DNA from: Dehalococcoidia bacterium
GTDB taxonomy: Bacteria; Chloroflexota; Dehalococcoidia; SM23-28-2; RBG-16-64-32
DNA length: 64,000 nucleotides
Assembly: GCA_963665775.2 (NCBI GenBank)
Contig: CAXXTF010000002.1
Location: forward strand, 352,001 to 416,000
Reading direction: 5' to 3'
In this document: positions 43,071-53,743 of the stretch, piece after piece
How positions within the stretch are numbered: position 1 is the first letter of the stretch
How the letters are laid out: every line of letters begins with the position of its first letter
Program-made: the position numbers and the translations under genes
The notes under the pieces: generated by a model
What the model was told of the DNA's origin: nothing
The model's database searches: none
Seen by the model: the letters and a program-made list of their open reading frames with translations, nothing else

Positions 43071-43532
43071 CTATTCCCCTAACCGTTCCGCTCCCTGCTC
43101 CAGCTCCCGCACCTTGGCCAGGCGACGGCGATGGCGTTCCTCGCCGCTGAAGATGGCTTTCAGGAATGCCTGGGTCAACTCCAGGGCCAGCTCCGGCCCG
43201 ATGACCCTGGAGCCCAGACATAGCATGTTCATGTCGTCATGTTCCACGCCCTGGTGCGCTGAGTAAGTGTCGTGGCAGAGGCCGGCCCGCACCCCCGATA
43301 GTCTGTTGGCGGCGATGCTGGCCCCGACGCCGCTGCCGCAGACGAGGATCCCCCGCTCCGCTTCGCCGCTCAGGAGGGCCTTGCCCACAGCCAGGGCGTA
43401 GTCCGGATAGTCGACCGGCTTCTCGCCGTCCGTGCCCACATCCAGCACCTCGTGCCCGGACGACCGCAGCCGAGCGGCGATGGTCTCCTTGAGGGAGTAG
43501 CCACGGTGGTCGGCTCCCACGACGATGCGCAT
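43071..43532 (-). CDS. rpiB: Ribose 5-phosphate isomerase B
   Basis: GADHRG, VDYPD, CGSGVG.SIAAN, RH.RR. Confidence 0.95.
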   Translation of the reverse strand: MRIVVGADHRGYSLKETIAARLRSSGHEVLDVGTDGEKPVDYPDYALAVGKALLSGEAERGILVCGSGVGASIAANRLSGVRAGLCHDTYSAHQGVEHDDMNMLCLGSRVIGPELALELTQAFLKAIFSGEERHRRRLAKVRELEQGAERLGE

Positions 43533-43900
43533 CGCTTCTCCTTATATCGGCGCTGGCTTCCGGCTGGGTTCGAGCGGCTGGCGCACCTGAACCGGCTCCG
43601 TGCGATGACTGAAGCTCTTTGTCTGCCACAGGGATGTGTTCGGACCCCTAAAGACTATGCTAGTCTCTGCCGTCCGGCCTTGCAACCGCGCGGCTTGGGA
43701 GCTTTCAGCGGGTTCAGGGCCGGCCCTCGCTCGCCTATCGCCGCCTTCCGACGAAGGGCCGACGGGCCTGCTCAGATCGTGCCGAATGCTACCTTCCCCC
43801 TCAAGGGAGAGCGTGTCATGCCGCCGGCGCTTGTCTGAGAGAGGCCGGACGCCACGTCCCTCATCCGGGTTGGCGGGCCGTTTCTGCGCCGGCCGAACGC

Positions 43901-45049
43901 TCAGGCGTTGGGTGCGGCGCCCGGCTTCTCGCTCAGTTCGCTGCGGATCTGAATCAGCCTTACCACATCAGCCCTGGTCACGAACCCTAGAAATATCCGG
44001 CCTTCCAACACCGGCATCTGGTGCACATCGTTGGCGGCCATCACCGCCAGCGCCTGCGATAGGTCGTCCCGCGGACCGGCGATGTGCAGCTTCTCCTGTG
44101 GCGTCATCGCCCGGAAGACGCTGGTGGTGGGCCAGTCCTGTTGCGGCACTCGCCGCAGGTCGCCCATGGTCACTAACCCCAGCAGCTCCTCGCCGGCCAC
44201 CACCGGCACGCATCGCTGGCCCAGGGCCAGCATGTAGTCGTTGACCAGTTGGTCAAGGGAGATGTCTGGCGGCACGGCGCGGAAACTGCGGTTCACCACC
44301 TCGCCCACCTTCGTCCCTTCCAGGGTGCTGCGGAGCTGCTGCTGGCGGTACGAGGAGTCAGAGACGTTGCGCAGGAACCAGCCGATGATGATGAACCAGA
44401 CACCGCCCACAAAGTTCCCGATCAGGATCGATACCACTCCGGCCGCCATCAGGGCAAACGAGATGATAGTGCTGGCGCCGGTGGCTCTCCTCGTCGATCC
44501 GAGTAGGTTGCCGCTCCGGGCCCAAAGAGCCGCCCGCAGCACCCTCCCGCCGTCCAGAGGATAGCCGGGCAGCATGTTGAATATCGCTACGGCGGCGTTG
44601 ATGAAGGTCAGGTACTGGAAGATCGCCCCGACGGGCGTGTCGTGGATGTCGGTGGCCCAGGCCACTGCCGTCAGGGCGCCAAACACGATGGCCAGAATCA
44701 CACTTGTCAAAGGGCCGACGATCGCTATCTGGAATTCCTTCTTGGCGCTGTCCGGCTCCGCTCCCAGCGCCGAGATCCCGCCGAATACGAACAACGTGAT
44801 GTTCTTGACCGGCAACCCCAGCCGCTTGGCCATCAGCGAGTGTGACAGCTCATGAAGGAGGACGCAGCCGAAGAAGAGCAACGCTGCTGCCATCGCCGTC
44901 CCCCAGCGCTCCCTGGCGCTCCAGTCTTCGTAGACATCCTCGAAAAAGCCTTCCGCGAGCCACCAGGTGAGGAGGAAGAAGATAGCAAACCAGCTCCAGT
45001 GGACCAGAATATCGATCCCGATTATCCGTCCCAGCCGGAAGGAACCCAT
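43901..45049 (-). CDS. Site-2 protease (M50) with CBS domain pair
   Basis: HELSH, AIVGP, FNMLPGYPLDGGR, C-terminal CBS domains. Confidence 0.9.
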   Translation of the reverse strand: MGSFRLGRIIGIDILVHWSWFAIFFLLTWWLAEGFFEDVYEDWSARERWGTAMAAALLFFGCVLLHELSHSLMAKRLGLPVKNITLFVFGGISALGAEPDSAKKEFQIAIVGPLTSVILAIVFGALTAVAWATDIHDTPVGAIFQYLTFINAAVAIFNMLPGYPLDGGRVLRAALWARSGNLLGSTRRATGASTIISFALMAAGVVSILIGNFVGGVWFIIIGWFLRNVSDSSYRQQQLRSTLEGTKVGEVVNRSFRAVPPDISLDQLVNDYMLALGQRCVPVVAGEELLGLVTMGDLRRVPQQDWPTTSVFRAMTPQEKLHIAGPRDDLSQALAVMAANDVHQMPVLEGRIFLGFVTRADVVRLIQIRSELSEKPGAAPNA

Positions 45050-45052
45050 GGC

Positions 45053-45454
45053 TTACTCCTGCGCCGCTAGCCCCTCTGGTCGCACCATGAGGCAAGGCAG
45101 GGCGCTGCGTCGCAACACCCCGTCCGCGACGCTCCCGAACACCCAGCGCAGAGCCCCGGAGCGCCCGTGGGTGCTCATGGCGATAAGGTCCGCCTCCCAG
45201 GCCTCCGCCTCGCTCAGGATCGTTTCCGCTTCTCCGTCCGACGCCACAGAGATGGAGGCTTCAACGGCCCGCTTCTTTAGCTGATTTTGCTTGGATTTCA
45301 GGTAGCTGTTCGCGCGCTCCCTGTCGGGCTCGTCCTTGGCTACGGTGAGGAGTCGCACCTTGATGCCGGTACCCATCGCCAGGCGCTCCAGATAGGGAAG
45401 CACGGCTTCAGCCAGATCCGAGCAGTCCAGGGGCACGAAAATCCGCTCAATCAC
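45053..45454 (-). CDS. Universal stress protein
   Basis: [21 protein letters not shown]...FGSVA..VLR. Confidence 0.88.
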   Translation of the reverse strand: MIERIFVPLDCSDLAEAVLPYLERLAMGTGIKVRLLTVAKDEPDRERANSYLKSKQNQLKKRAVEASISVASDGEAETILSEAEAWEADLIAMSTHGRSGALRWVFGSVADGVLRRSALPCLMVRPEGLAAQE

Positions 45455-46680
45455 GGGGTCTCCTCTCTGTAAGTAAGACCAAATTGCTCGATCCCCAGGG
45501 CTCGGGCGACGATATCGATGTCCTTGTCGCCCCGGCCGGAGAGGCAGACCAGAACGATAGCGTCCCGGGGCAGCGTTCCGGCCAGCTCCGCCGCCTGGTA
45601 TACAGCGTGCGCAGACTCCAGGGCGGGGATAATCCCCTCCGTCTGGCAGAGGAGGGTGAACCCCTCCAGCGCCTGCTGGTCCGTCACCGCCACGTACTGG
45701 GCGCGCCCCGAATCCTTATAGAAGGCGTGCTCCGGTCCCACACCGGGGTAGTCCAGACCGGCAGAGATAGAGTGGGTCTCCACCACCTGGCCCGCCGCAT
45801 CCTGGAGGAGGTAGGAGCTGGCCCCGTGCAGGACGCCGGGGCGGCCTGCCGCCAGGCTCGCTGCGTGCGCGCCGGTCGATAGGCCGCGGCCCGCCGCCTC
45901 CGCACCCACGAAGCGCACGGACTCATCGGCGTAGAAGGGGTGGAACAGGCCAATGGCGTTGGAGCCCCCGCCGACGCAGGCTACGGCGTAGTCGGGCAGC
46001 CGTCCCTCCGCCTCCAACATCTGCTCCCGCGCCTCCCGGCCGATGACCGACTGAAAGTCGCGCACCAGCATAGGGTAGGGGTGGGGGCCCACGACGGAGC
46101 CCAGCAGATAGTGGGTGGATTCTACGTTGGTCACCCAGTCCCGGATCGCCTCGTTGATGGCGTCCTTGAGGGTGCGGGAGCCGGAGGCGACGGGTCTCAC
46201 CTCGGCCCCCAGGAGGCGCATCCGGAAGACGTTGAGGGCCTGCCGCTGTATGTCCTCCTCGCCCATGTAGACCACGCATTCGAGGCCCAGCATGGCGCAT
46301 ACGGTGGCGGCGGCGACTCCGTGCTGACCGGCGCCGGTCTCGGCGATGACACGGGATTTCCCGATGCGCCGCGCCAGCAGCCCCTGGCCCAGGGCGTTGT
46401 TGATCTTGTGGGCCCCGGTATGGGCCAGGTCCTCCCGCTTCAGATATATCCGGGCGCCGCCCGATCGCTCCGTCAGACGGCGAGCGAAGTAGAGGGGCGT
46501 GGGCCGGCCTGCGTACTCCCGCAGCAGCGGCTCCAGCTCTCGCCGGAAGCCCTCGTCCTGCTGGGCCTGCCGATAGGCTCGCTCCAGCTCTGCGAGGGCG
46601 GGCATGAGGGTCTCCGGTACGTACTGGCCGCCGAAGGTCCCGAAGCGGCCGCGGTCGTCCGGTAGCGCGGCGTTACCCAC
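45451..46680 (-). CDS. trpB: Tryptophan synthase beta chain
   Basis: [37 protein letters not shown]. Confidence 0.97.
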   Translation of the reverse strand: MGNAALPDDRGRFGTFGGQYVPETLMPALAELERAYRQAQQDEGFRRELEPLLREYAGRPTPLYFARRLTERSGGARIYLKREDLAHTGAHKINNALGQGLLARRIGKSRVIAETGAGQHGVAAATVCAMLGLECVVYMGEEDIQRQALNVFRMRLLGAEVRPVASGSRTLKDAINEAIRDWVTNVESTHYLLGSVVGPHPYPMLVRDFQSVIGREAREQMLEAEGRLPDYAVACVGGGSNAIGLFHPFYADESVRFVGAEAAGRGLSTGAHAASLAAGRPGVLHGASSYLLQDAAGQVVETHSISAGLDYPGVGPEHAFYKDSGRAQYVAVTDQQALEGFTLLCQTEGIIPALESAHAVYQAAELAGTLPRDAIVLVCLSGRGDKDIDIVARALGIEQFGLTYREETP

Positions 46681-47356
46681 CTCCGGCCCCCTTCGCCGCC
46701 TCGATGAAGGCGCGCACCTTCAAGACGTCCTTGGCGCCGCCGGTCTCCACCCCGCTCGACACGTCCACCGCCCAGGGGCGGACGGTCCGCACGGCGTCCG
46801 CCACGTTCTCCGGCGTCAGGCCGCCGGCCAGCATCAGCGGAAGTCGGGCCGCCACCTGGCCGGCCACGGCCCAGTCCAGGGTCACCCCGGTGCCGCCGTA
46901 CGATCCCTCGACGTACGGGTCCAGAAGGACCAGCCCGCCCTGACCGACCCCCGCCAGCACCTCTCCAGCCTGCTGGCCCGGGCGGACCTTCGTGCACTTC
47001 AGCACGGGCCGCCTCAATAGCTCGCACATCTCCCACGGCTCAAATCCGGAGAGCTGCACGAGGTCCAGTGCGCACTCCTCGGCGATGCCGTTGATCGTCT
47101 CCGTGTCCTGGTCCGCGAACACCCCCACCAGCAGCGGCCGACGGGAGCGCAGCGCCTCCTCCACGGCCTCGGTCGTGGCGGCTGTGGGCGGGCGATCGCC
47201 ACCCTTGCCCAGGGCCGTGGCGATCCGTTTCCCCTGACCCATCGTCACCTGCCGCCGCGAGGGCGCGAACACCATGCCCACGAAGTCGGCCCCCAGGGCG
47301 GCCGCCGCCCGGGCCTGCCTGGGCTCCGAGACGCCGTCTATCTTAACCAGGGTCAT
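46673..47356 (-). CDS. trpF: Phosphoribosylanthranilate isomerase
   Basis: [29 protein letters not shown]. Confidence 0.93.
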   Translation of the reverse strand: MTLVKIDGVSEPRQARAAAALGADFVGMVFAPSRRQVTMGQGKRIATALGKGGDRPPTAATTEAVEEALRSRRPLLVGVFADQDTETINGIAEECALDLVQLSGFEPWEMCELLRRPVLKCTKVRPGQQAGEVLAGVGQGGLVLLDPYVEGSYGGTGVTLDWAVAGQVAARLPLMLAGGLTPENVADAVRTVRPWAVDVSSGVETGGAKDVLKVRAFIEAAKGAGGG

Positions 47357-48147
47357 CCCATCAGCTCCCGTATCTTGGCCGCCGGGTCCGCCGCCGTCAC
47401 CAGCGCCTCGCCGATGAGCACGGCGTGGGCCCCTACCGCCGCCACTCGTTCCACGTCCGCGCGCGCCGAAATGCCGCTCTCGGCCACGACCGTCTTGTCG
47501 GGCGGCACCAGCGGTCGCAGCCGCTCCGTGGTCGCCAGCGTCACCTCGAACGTGCGCAGGTTCCGGTTGTTGATGCCGATGATTTTCGCCTCCGCCATCA
47601 GGGCTCGCTCCATCTCCCGCTCGTCGTGCACCTCCACCAGGGCGGCCATGCCCAGGGAGTGGGCCAGGGCGATGAGTTGGGCCAGCAGGCCAGGGTTCAG
47701 TATGGCCGCGATGAGGAGAACGGCGTCCGCGCCGTAGAGGCGGGCCTCATACATCTGGTAGACGTCGAACAGGAAGTCCTTGCGCAGCAGGGGCGGCTCC
47801 TGGGGCAGCGCCTTCCGCACGGCCCCCAGATGCTCCAGCGAGCCCCCGAAGTGCTTCTCGTCCGTCAGCACGGAGATGGCGGCGGCGCCCGCGTCCGCGT
47901 AGCTCTGCGCGAAGGCCGTCGGATCGAGGTCGGCCCGCAGCAGCCCCCGCGACGGCGATGCCCGCTTGACCTCGGCGATGAGCCGGATCGCTTCGCCCCG
48001 GATCGCCTCCTCGAACGGTCTCAGCGGCGGCGCCTCGGCGAGCCGCGCCTCCAGCTCGGCGATAGGCTTGGCCGCCTGGGCGGCCGCCAGCTCCTCCCGC
48101 TTGTGCGCGACGATGCGGTCGAGGATGGTCTCCGTGTGCTGGGTCAT
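47353..48147 (-). CDS. trpC: Indole-3-glycerol phosphate synthase
   Basis: IAEVKRASPS.G, ISVLTD..F.GS, LRKDF, GINNRNL, ESGI. Confidence 0.96.
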   Translation of the reverse strand: MTQHTETILDRIVAHKREELAAAQAAKPIAELEARLAEAPPLRPFEEAIRGEAIRLIAEVKRASPSRGLLRADLDPTAFAQSYADAGAAAISVLTDEKHFGGSLEHLGAVRKALPQEPPLLRKDFLFDVYQMYEARLYGADAVLLIAAILNPGLLAQLIALAHSLGMAALVEVHDEREMERALMAEAKIIGINNRNLRTFEVTLATTERLRPLVPPDKTVVAESGISARADVERVAAVGAHAVLIGEALVTAADPAAKIRELMG

Positions 48148-48205
48148 GGCTGGATTATCTCACAATCGGTTCAAGGTCAGGGCGTTGGGCGGCCGCCGAT
48201 CGGGC

Positions 48206-49222
48206 CTAGTCGAGGCTGTTGGTAAGATCGATGAACTGCTCCAGTCGCTGTCTGGCGGCGCCGGAATCGATCGCCTCCTGGGCCAGGCGGACGCCGTCTC
48301 GTAGGTCGGCTGCCACCTCGGCCGCCATCAGGGCGGCGGCCGCGTTCAGCAGCACGATCTCCCGCAGCGGGCCCTGTTGCCCGTCCAGGATGGCTCGGAG
48401 GGCAGCGGCGTTCTCCTCGGCGCTGCCGCCTCGGATCGCCTCCAGGGGTGCGCTCGTCAGCCCTACCTCCTCCGGCGACACCGTATACTGGCGACTCTCG
48501 CCGCCCTGGACCTCGTGGATGGTAGAGGGGCCGCTCAGGGAGAGCTCGTCCAGGCCCTCATGGCCGTGGACCACCAGGGCCCGGCGGCTGCCCAGCCTCT
48601 GGAGCGCCGCCGCCATCTTGGGCGCGAGCTCGGGACGGGCGACGCCCAGCAGCTGGGCCTGGGCCCCGGCCGGGTTGGTCAGCGGGCCGAGGATGTTGAA
48701 CACGGTGCGCACGCCGATCTCCCGTCTGGGGCCTGCCACGTGCTTCATCGCCGGGTGGAAGGCCTGCGCGAACATGAACCCGAATCCGGCCTCGCGGATG
48801 CAGCGGGCCACCCCCTCCGGCGGCAGGTCGATCTTCGCCCCCAGCGCCTCCAGCACGTCCGCCGAGCCGCAGGCGCTGCTCATCGCCCGGTTGCCGTGCT
48901 TCGCCACGCGGGCGCCGGCCCCCGCCGCCACGAACGCCGCGGCGGTGGAGACGTTGAAGGTGCCCTGGGCGTCGCCGCCGGTGCCGCAGGTGTCCACCAG
49001 CGGGCCATCGATTTCCACCCGCAGGGCATGCTTCCGCATCACCCGCGCCATGCCGACGATCTCCTCCACGGTTTCGCCCTTCATACGCAGGGCGATGAGG
49101 AAGGCGCCGATCTGGGCGGGGGTGGCCTGGCCGGACATGATCTCCCGCATGGCACCGGACGCCTCGTCCTCGGTGAGGTCGCGCCCCTGGTTGACGATGG
49201 CGTCTATCGCTTCGCGGATCAT
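48206..49222 (-). CDS. trpD: Anthranilate phosphoribosyltransferase
   Basis: DTCGTGGD, FNVST, KHGNR, RTVFNILGPL.NP. Confidence 0.96.
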   Translation of the reverse strand: MIREAIDAIVNQGRDLTEDEASGAMREIMSGQATPAQIGAFLIALRMKGETVEEIVGMARVMRKHALRVEIDGPLVDTCGTGGDAQGTFNVSTAAAFVAAGAGARVAKHGNRAMSSACGSADVLEALGAKIDLPPEGVARCIREAGFGFMFAQAFHPAMKHVAGPRREIGVRTVFNILGPLTNPAGAQAQLLGVARPELAPKMAAALQRLGSRRALVVHGHEGLDELSLSGPSTIHEVQGGESRQYTVSPEEVGLTSAPLEAIRGGSAEENAAALRAILDGQQGPLREIVLLNAAAALMAAEVAADLRDGVRLAQEAIDSGAARQRLEQFIDLTNSLD

Positions 49223-49223
49223 C

Positions 49224-49790
49224 TCACGTCTCCAGGAAGTTCCGCAGGATGTCCTTCCCAACTGCCGTCAGGATCGACTCCGGGTGGAACTGTACCCCCT
49301 CGATGGGATAGCGCCGGTGGCGCACCGCCATGATCACGCCGCTGTCGGACTCCGCCGTCACCTCCAGCTCGTCCTCCGGGAAGCCCTCCTTCTGGATGGA
49401 TAGCGAGTGGTAGCGGATCGCCTCGAAGGGGTTGGGCAGGCCCCGCAGCACGCCCTGGCTGCCGTGGTGGACGAGCGATGTCTTGCCGTGCATGATCTCG
49501 CCCGCCCCGGCCACCACGCCCCCGAACGCCTCGCCGATCGCCTGGTGACCCAGGCAGACCCCCAGCAGCGGCAGCTTCCCGGCGAAGCGCCGTACCAGCG
49601 GCACGCTGATCCCCGCCTCTTTCGGCGTGCAGGGCCCCGGCGAGATGACGATCCGCTCCGGGGCCATCGACTCGATCTCCTCCAGCGAGACTTTATCGTT
49701 GCGCACCACCCGCACCTCGGCGCCTAGCTCGGAGAGGTACTGATAGAGGTTGTAGGTGAAGCTGTCGTAGTTGTCGATGAGGAGGATCAT
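49224..49790 (-). CDS. trpG: Anthranilate synthase component II
   Basis: IDNYDSFTYNL, SPGP, GVCLGHQ, QFHPES. Confidence 0.94.
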   Translation of the reverse strand: MILLIDNYDSFTYNLYQYLSELGAEVRVVRNDKVSLEEIESMAPERIVISPGPCTPKEAGISVPLVRRFAGKLPLLGVCLGHQAIGEAFGGVVAGAGEIMHGKTSLVHHGSQGVLRGLPNPFEAIRYHSLSIQKEGFPEDELEVTAESDSGVIMAVRHRRYPIEGVQFHPESILTAVGKDILRNFLET

Positions 49791-49798
49791 CGGCCCGC

Positions 49799-51292
49799 CT
49801 AGTACCCCGGGCTTCCCGCCGGCCCCGTCTCCTCCAGCGCCTCCGCCCGGTCGATAGCGGTAAGGAGGGCGCGCGCTTTGTTCAGGGACTCCTGGTATTC
49901 GCTCTCCGGCACGCTATCGTAGACGACGCCGCCCCCGGCCTGAATCTGGGCCAGCCCGTCCTTCATGACGATGGTACGAATGGTGATGGCGGTATCCATG
50001 TTGCCGGAGAAGTCGAAGTAGCCCACGGCGCCGGCGTAGGGCCCGCGACGGTCCGGCTCCAGCTCGGCGATGATCTCCATCGCTCGGATCTTGGGAGCGC
50101 CGGTCACGGTTCCGGCGGGAAAGCAGGCCCGCAAGGCGTCGTAGGCGGAGAGCTCCGGTCGCAGGCGGCCCGTTACCCGGGAGACCAGATGCATAACGTG
50201 CGAGTATCGCTCCACGATCATGAAATCGCCGACCCGGACGCTGCCCGGCTGGCTCACCCGGCCGATATCGTTGCGGCCCAGGTCCACCAGCATGACGTGC
50301 TCGGCCCGCTCCTTCTCGTCAGCCTGAAGCTCGCTCTCCAGCGCCGCGTCCTCCTCTGGGCTGTGCCCCCGGCGACGCGTCCCGGCGATGGGGTGGGTCT
50401 CCACCTCACCCTCCTCCACCCGCACCAGCATCTCCGGCGAGGCGCCGATGATGTGCGCGTCTCCCATCGCCAGGTAGTACATGTAGGGTGAGGGGTTCAC
50501 GGTGCGCAACGCCCGGTATATCGAGAAGGGGTGGGCGGCAGTGCGCCGGGTGAGGCGTTGTGACGGTACGACCTGGATGACGTCGCCCGCCACGATGTAC
50601 TCGCGGGCCTGCTCCACGTTGGCCGCGTACTGCTCCCTGCTGACGTTGGATCGCACCGGCTCTGGGGCGGCCGGGGCCGCCTCCACGGGGTAGGGAGAGG
50701 CCGGAAGCGGCTGGGTCAGCCGCTTCACCAGCTCGTCGATGCGCCGGCAGGCCTGGCGGTATGAGGACTCGATGTCGCCGTCCAGGTGGCAGTGGGAGAC
50801 CACCTTGATGGTGTGTCGCAGATGGTCGAATACGAGGATGGTGTCCAGGAACACGAACAGCGCCTCCGGTATCCCCTGCGGGTCAGCTTCGGCGATGGGC
50901 ACTCGCGGCTCAAAGTGGCGTATCGACTCGTAGGCCAAGAAGCCGACGGCGCCGCCGGTAAAGCGGGGTAGGTCGTTCTGCAGACGGGCCAGCCGGTAGC
51001 GACCCAGCTCGCTCTCGATCTCCTGGAGGGGGTCCGAACCCTCGGAGGGGTCCGCGTAAGGGCCGCGACGCAGGACGCGGTACGGCTCCGTGCCGATGAA
51101 GCTGTAGCGGGCCAGCCGCTCGCCTCCCTCCACCGACTCCAGCAGGAAGGAGTGGTCGCCGCGGGCCACCTTCAGGAAGGCGGAGACCGGCGTCTCCAGG
51201 TCGGCTGCTACATCGCGGTAGACGGGCACCAGGTTAGCCTCGGTGCTGGCCGCGAGGGCCTGAACGATTTCCAGCTCCGGCAGGTATCTCAT
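49799..51292 (-). CDS. trpE: Anthranilate synthase component I
   Basis: SFLLES, NPSPYM, PIAGT, KERAEH.MLVDLGRND, PAGT..GAPK. Confidence 0.95.
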   Translation of the reverse strand: MRYLPELEIVQALAASTEANLVPVYRDVAADLETPVSAFLKVARGDHSFLLESVEGGERLARYSFIGTEPYRVLRRGPYADPSEGSDPLQEIESELGRYRLARLQNDLPRFTGGAVGFLAYESIRHFEPRVPIAEADPQGIPEALFVFLDTILVFDHLRHTIKVVSHCHLDGDIESSYRQACRRIDELVKRLTQPLPASPYPVEAAPAAPEPVRSNVSREQYAANVEQAREYIVAGDVIQVVPSQRLTRRTAAHPFSIYRALRTVNPSPYMYYLAMGDAHIIGASPEMLVRVEEGEVETHPIAGTRRRGHSPEEDAALESELQADEKERAEHVMLVDLGRNDIGRVSQPGSVRVGDFMIVERYSHVMHLVSRVTGRLRPELSAYDALRACFPAGTVTGAPKIRAMEIIAELEPDRRGPYAGAVGYFDFSGNMDTAITIRTIVMKDGLAQIQAGGGVVYDSVPESEYQESLNKARALLTAIDRAEALEETGPAGSPGY

Positions 51293-52326
51293 TCCCTCAT
51301 CTCTACCGTGGCGTCGCGGAAGTAGGTCAGGCCCATCGCCTCCCGAGCCTCGGCCAGAGTGCGGCGGCACTCCTCCCGCGCCCGCGCCGAGCCGTCGCGG
51401 ATGATCTCCTCCACCAGGCCCGGTTGCGCAGCCAGCCCGGCCCGACGCTCTCGGATCGGCGCCAGGAAGCGGTTGATCGCCGCGGCCAGCTTTGTCTTCA
51501 CCTCTACGTCGCCGACCTTACCTTTGCGGTATCGCTCCTTCAGCTCTTCCACCTCTCCTGGATCATCGTTAAAGGCGTCGTGGTATGTGAACACCGGGTT
51601 GCCCTCCACCCGACCGGGAATATCGGCCCGGACGCGTTTGGGGTCCGTGTACATGGACGTCACTCGTTGCTCCACCGTCTTGGGGTCGTCCGAGAGAAGG
51701 ATGATGTTGCCGACGGACTTGCTGGCCTTGGCCTGACCATCGGTGCCCACTAGCATAGGGCCGATGGGCGCGTCCGGCTCCGGGAAGACAGGGGCGTAGG
51801 TAGAGTTGAAGCGGCGGGCTATCTCCCTGGTCAGCTCTATGTGTGAGGCCTGGTCGCGGCTGACGGGCACTACATCGCCCTTCACCATCAGGATGTCGGC
51901 CGCCTGGAGGATAGGATAGGCCAACAGGGACATAGAGGCCGTCTCCAACCGGAGGTCACGGACCTGCTCCTTAAGGGTGGGAATGCGTTGGGCGCGCGGG
52001 ACGCCGACCAGGGGCATGAACAGCCAGGTAAGCTCCAGCACCTCCGGCACCAGCGATTGCAGATATATGGTCGTCTTCTGGGGGTCGAGGCCGACCGCAA
52101 GGTCATCTAGGACGACCTCTCGGATGTTCTGTCCGATCTCCTCCAGGTGTTCTGTGCGAGTCGTCAGGACGTGCAAGTCAGCCACCAGGACGAAGCACTC
52201 CAGCTTCTCCTGGAGCTCCACTTGTGCTTTGAGCGTGCCCACATAGTGGCCCAAGTGCAGGGGCCCGGTGGGCCGGATCCCCGTAAGCATCCGCTTCCAG
52301 CGCGGGTCGATGGCTAGTTCAGTCAT
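51289..52326 (-). CDS. trpS: Tryptophanyl-tRNA synthetase
   Basis: TGIRPTG.LHLGH, YPILQAADI, DQ..H.ELTR, KASKS (KMSKS variant). Confidence 0.93.
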   Translation of the reverse strand: MTELAIDPRWKRMLTGIRPTGPLHLGHYVGTLKAQVELQEKLECFVLVADLHVLTTRTEHLEEIGQNIREVVLDDLAVGLDPQKTTIYLQSLVPEVLELTWLFMPLVGVPRAQRIPTLKEQVRDLRLETASMSLLAYPILQAADILMVKGDVVPVSRDQASHIELTREIARRFNSTYAPVFPEPDAPIGPMLVGTDGQAKASKSVGNIILLSDDPKTVEQRVTSMYTDPKRVRADIPGRVEGNPVFTYHDAFNDDPGEVEELKERYRKGKVGDVEVKTKLAAAINRFLAPIRERRAGLAAQPGLVEEIIRDGSARAREECRRTLAEAREAMGLTYFRDATVEMRE

Positions 52327-52344
52327 TTCAGCTCACCATACAAT

Positions 52345-52625
52345 TCAAAGACCCCTCGCCACAGGGGCGAGGGGTCTCTCGCGGTGCCACCCTAGTTCCC
52401 CCATTTCGGGGGATCTCGTTCCAGACACGGCCCCTTGGGGCGATGTCCTGGGCCTGTAACGGTGCCCTCTCCGGCCCGGCCTACTTCCGTTCCATATTTT
52501 CCGTGTTGGGGTTCGGCTGGCAGCTCCCGGGTCCATTCCCTCGTGGCGCCGGCGCCGGGCTTCCACCTCTCCCCGGCTCTCTGGGCCTCGCTTCACGGGG
52601 TACTAGTCCCGTTCGCGGCTGTTCG
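52345..52625 (-). ncRNA. T-box riboswitch with Trp (UGG) specifier and intrinsic terminator
   Basis: Stem-I motifs AGTA, AGAGA, GGTGGAA; specifier GAA-TGG-A at 52533-52535; T-box AACTAGGGTGGCACCGCG at 52380-52397; hairpin AGACCCCTCGCC/GGCGAGGGGTCT followed by TT. Confidence 0.9.
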
Positions 52626-52964
52626 CGATTTTATTGTGATAGGAGTGTAGCAGCGACCGGTAACCGTGTCAAACCTGGGAGCGTTGTGGACGGGCCGCCC
52701 GAGTCACGCTGGCTGATCTCCAAGAGAGGTACGGACAACCCGTTAAAGGTATCGAAGTAGATCTCCTCCAGCGGCACACTGTGCCGGGACAGATCGGCGC
52801 CAGCGATGCTCTGGCGAGGGGACGGTGACGGCGATGACGCTCCCTCGCCCGACGTGAGGCAAGCGGCGGCAACGAGCAGTACGGGGCAGTACGGGTAGGA
52901 AAAGATAAGCGCGGCGCCTGTCGCCCCACCTGACGATAAGCTTGTCCGGGAGTGAGGGATCGCC

Positions 52965-53693
52965 TCAGGCGGGCTCGGGGGCAGACTGGACGAGGGTGAT
53001 GTCGCCGAAGGGCCGGTCCTGTTCGGCCCAGAGGCGGCCGGTGTTGATCAACTCCAGGACGGCCAGAAAGACGACGACGATCTCGGTGCGGGTCTGGCAA
53101 TCGGTCAGGAGGGAGCGAAGGTGGAGGCGGCCGCGACGGCGGGCGAGGGCTGTCTCGATCTCCCGGACCTTCTCGTCCACGCTGATGGGTTCGATATGAA
53201 GGAGCGCCCCTTCTGGTTCGGGCGGTGTTCGGTCCAGGGCCTCCTGGACCGCCTCTCGGAGGGTGTCCAGGGTGACCCCATGGAGGCCGGGTGGGAGGGG
53301 GGCGGCTTGGCTCGGGCCGGGACGGGCGTAGGTGCGGTGTCCCTGCTCCTCCAGTTGGCGGAAGAGGTCGGCGGCGTCTTTGAAGCGCTTGTACTCCTCC
53401 AGCATGTCGGTCAGGCTGCTCGCGACCGCCTCGGCCTCGGGCTTGAGGTCCGCTGACGGCGCCTCGGCCGAGGGGATTACGGCGCACGACTTGAGGTAGA
53501 GCAGCTTAGAGCCGACGACGATAAACTCGGCGAGGGCATCGGCCGCCATCTCCCGCTCGGATTGGACATGCCGCCAGTACTGATCGGTTATCTTGACCAG
53601 GGAGAGGGCGGTGATATCGAGCTGCTGGCGTTCGATAAGGTCGAGGAGGAGATCGAGGGGCCCATCGAAGCCGTCAACCTTTATTTCCAGCAT
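52965..53693 (-). CDS. scpA: Segregation and condensation protein A
   Basis: FDGPLDLLL.LI...LDI, IT.QY, LL.LKS, FLAVLEL, Q..PFG.I. Confidence 0.9.
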   Translation of the reverse strand: MLEIKVDGFDGPLDLLLDLIERQQLDITALSLVKITDQYWRHVQSEREMAADALAEFIVVGSKLLYLKSCAVIPSAEAPSADLKPEAEAVASSLTDMLEEYKRFKDAADLFRQLEEQGHRTYARPGPSQAAPLPPGLHGVTLDTLREAVQEALDRTPPEPEGALLHIEPISVDEKVREIETALARRRGRLHLRSLLTDCQTRTEIVVVFLAVLELINTGRLWAEQDRPFGDITLVQSAPEPA

Positions 53694-53743
53694 CTCGCCT
53701 CTTATAACGACCCCGGCCGTCAGTAGTGACCCGGGGGGAAGGG

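Noticed and set aside
48219-49403. Long antisense ORFs (also over katG, the IS1380 transposase and aroF)
   Set aside because: They are shadow frames expected from high-GC codon bias and show no recognisable motifs.
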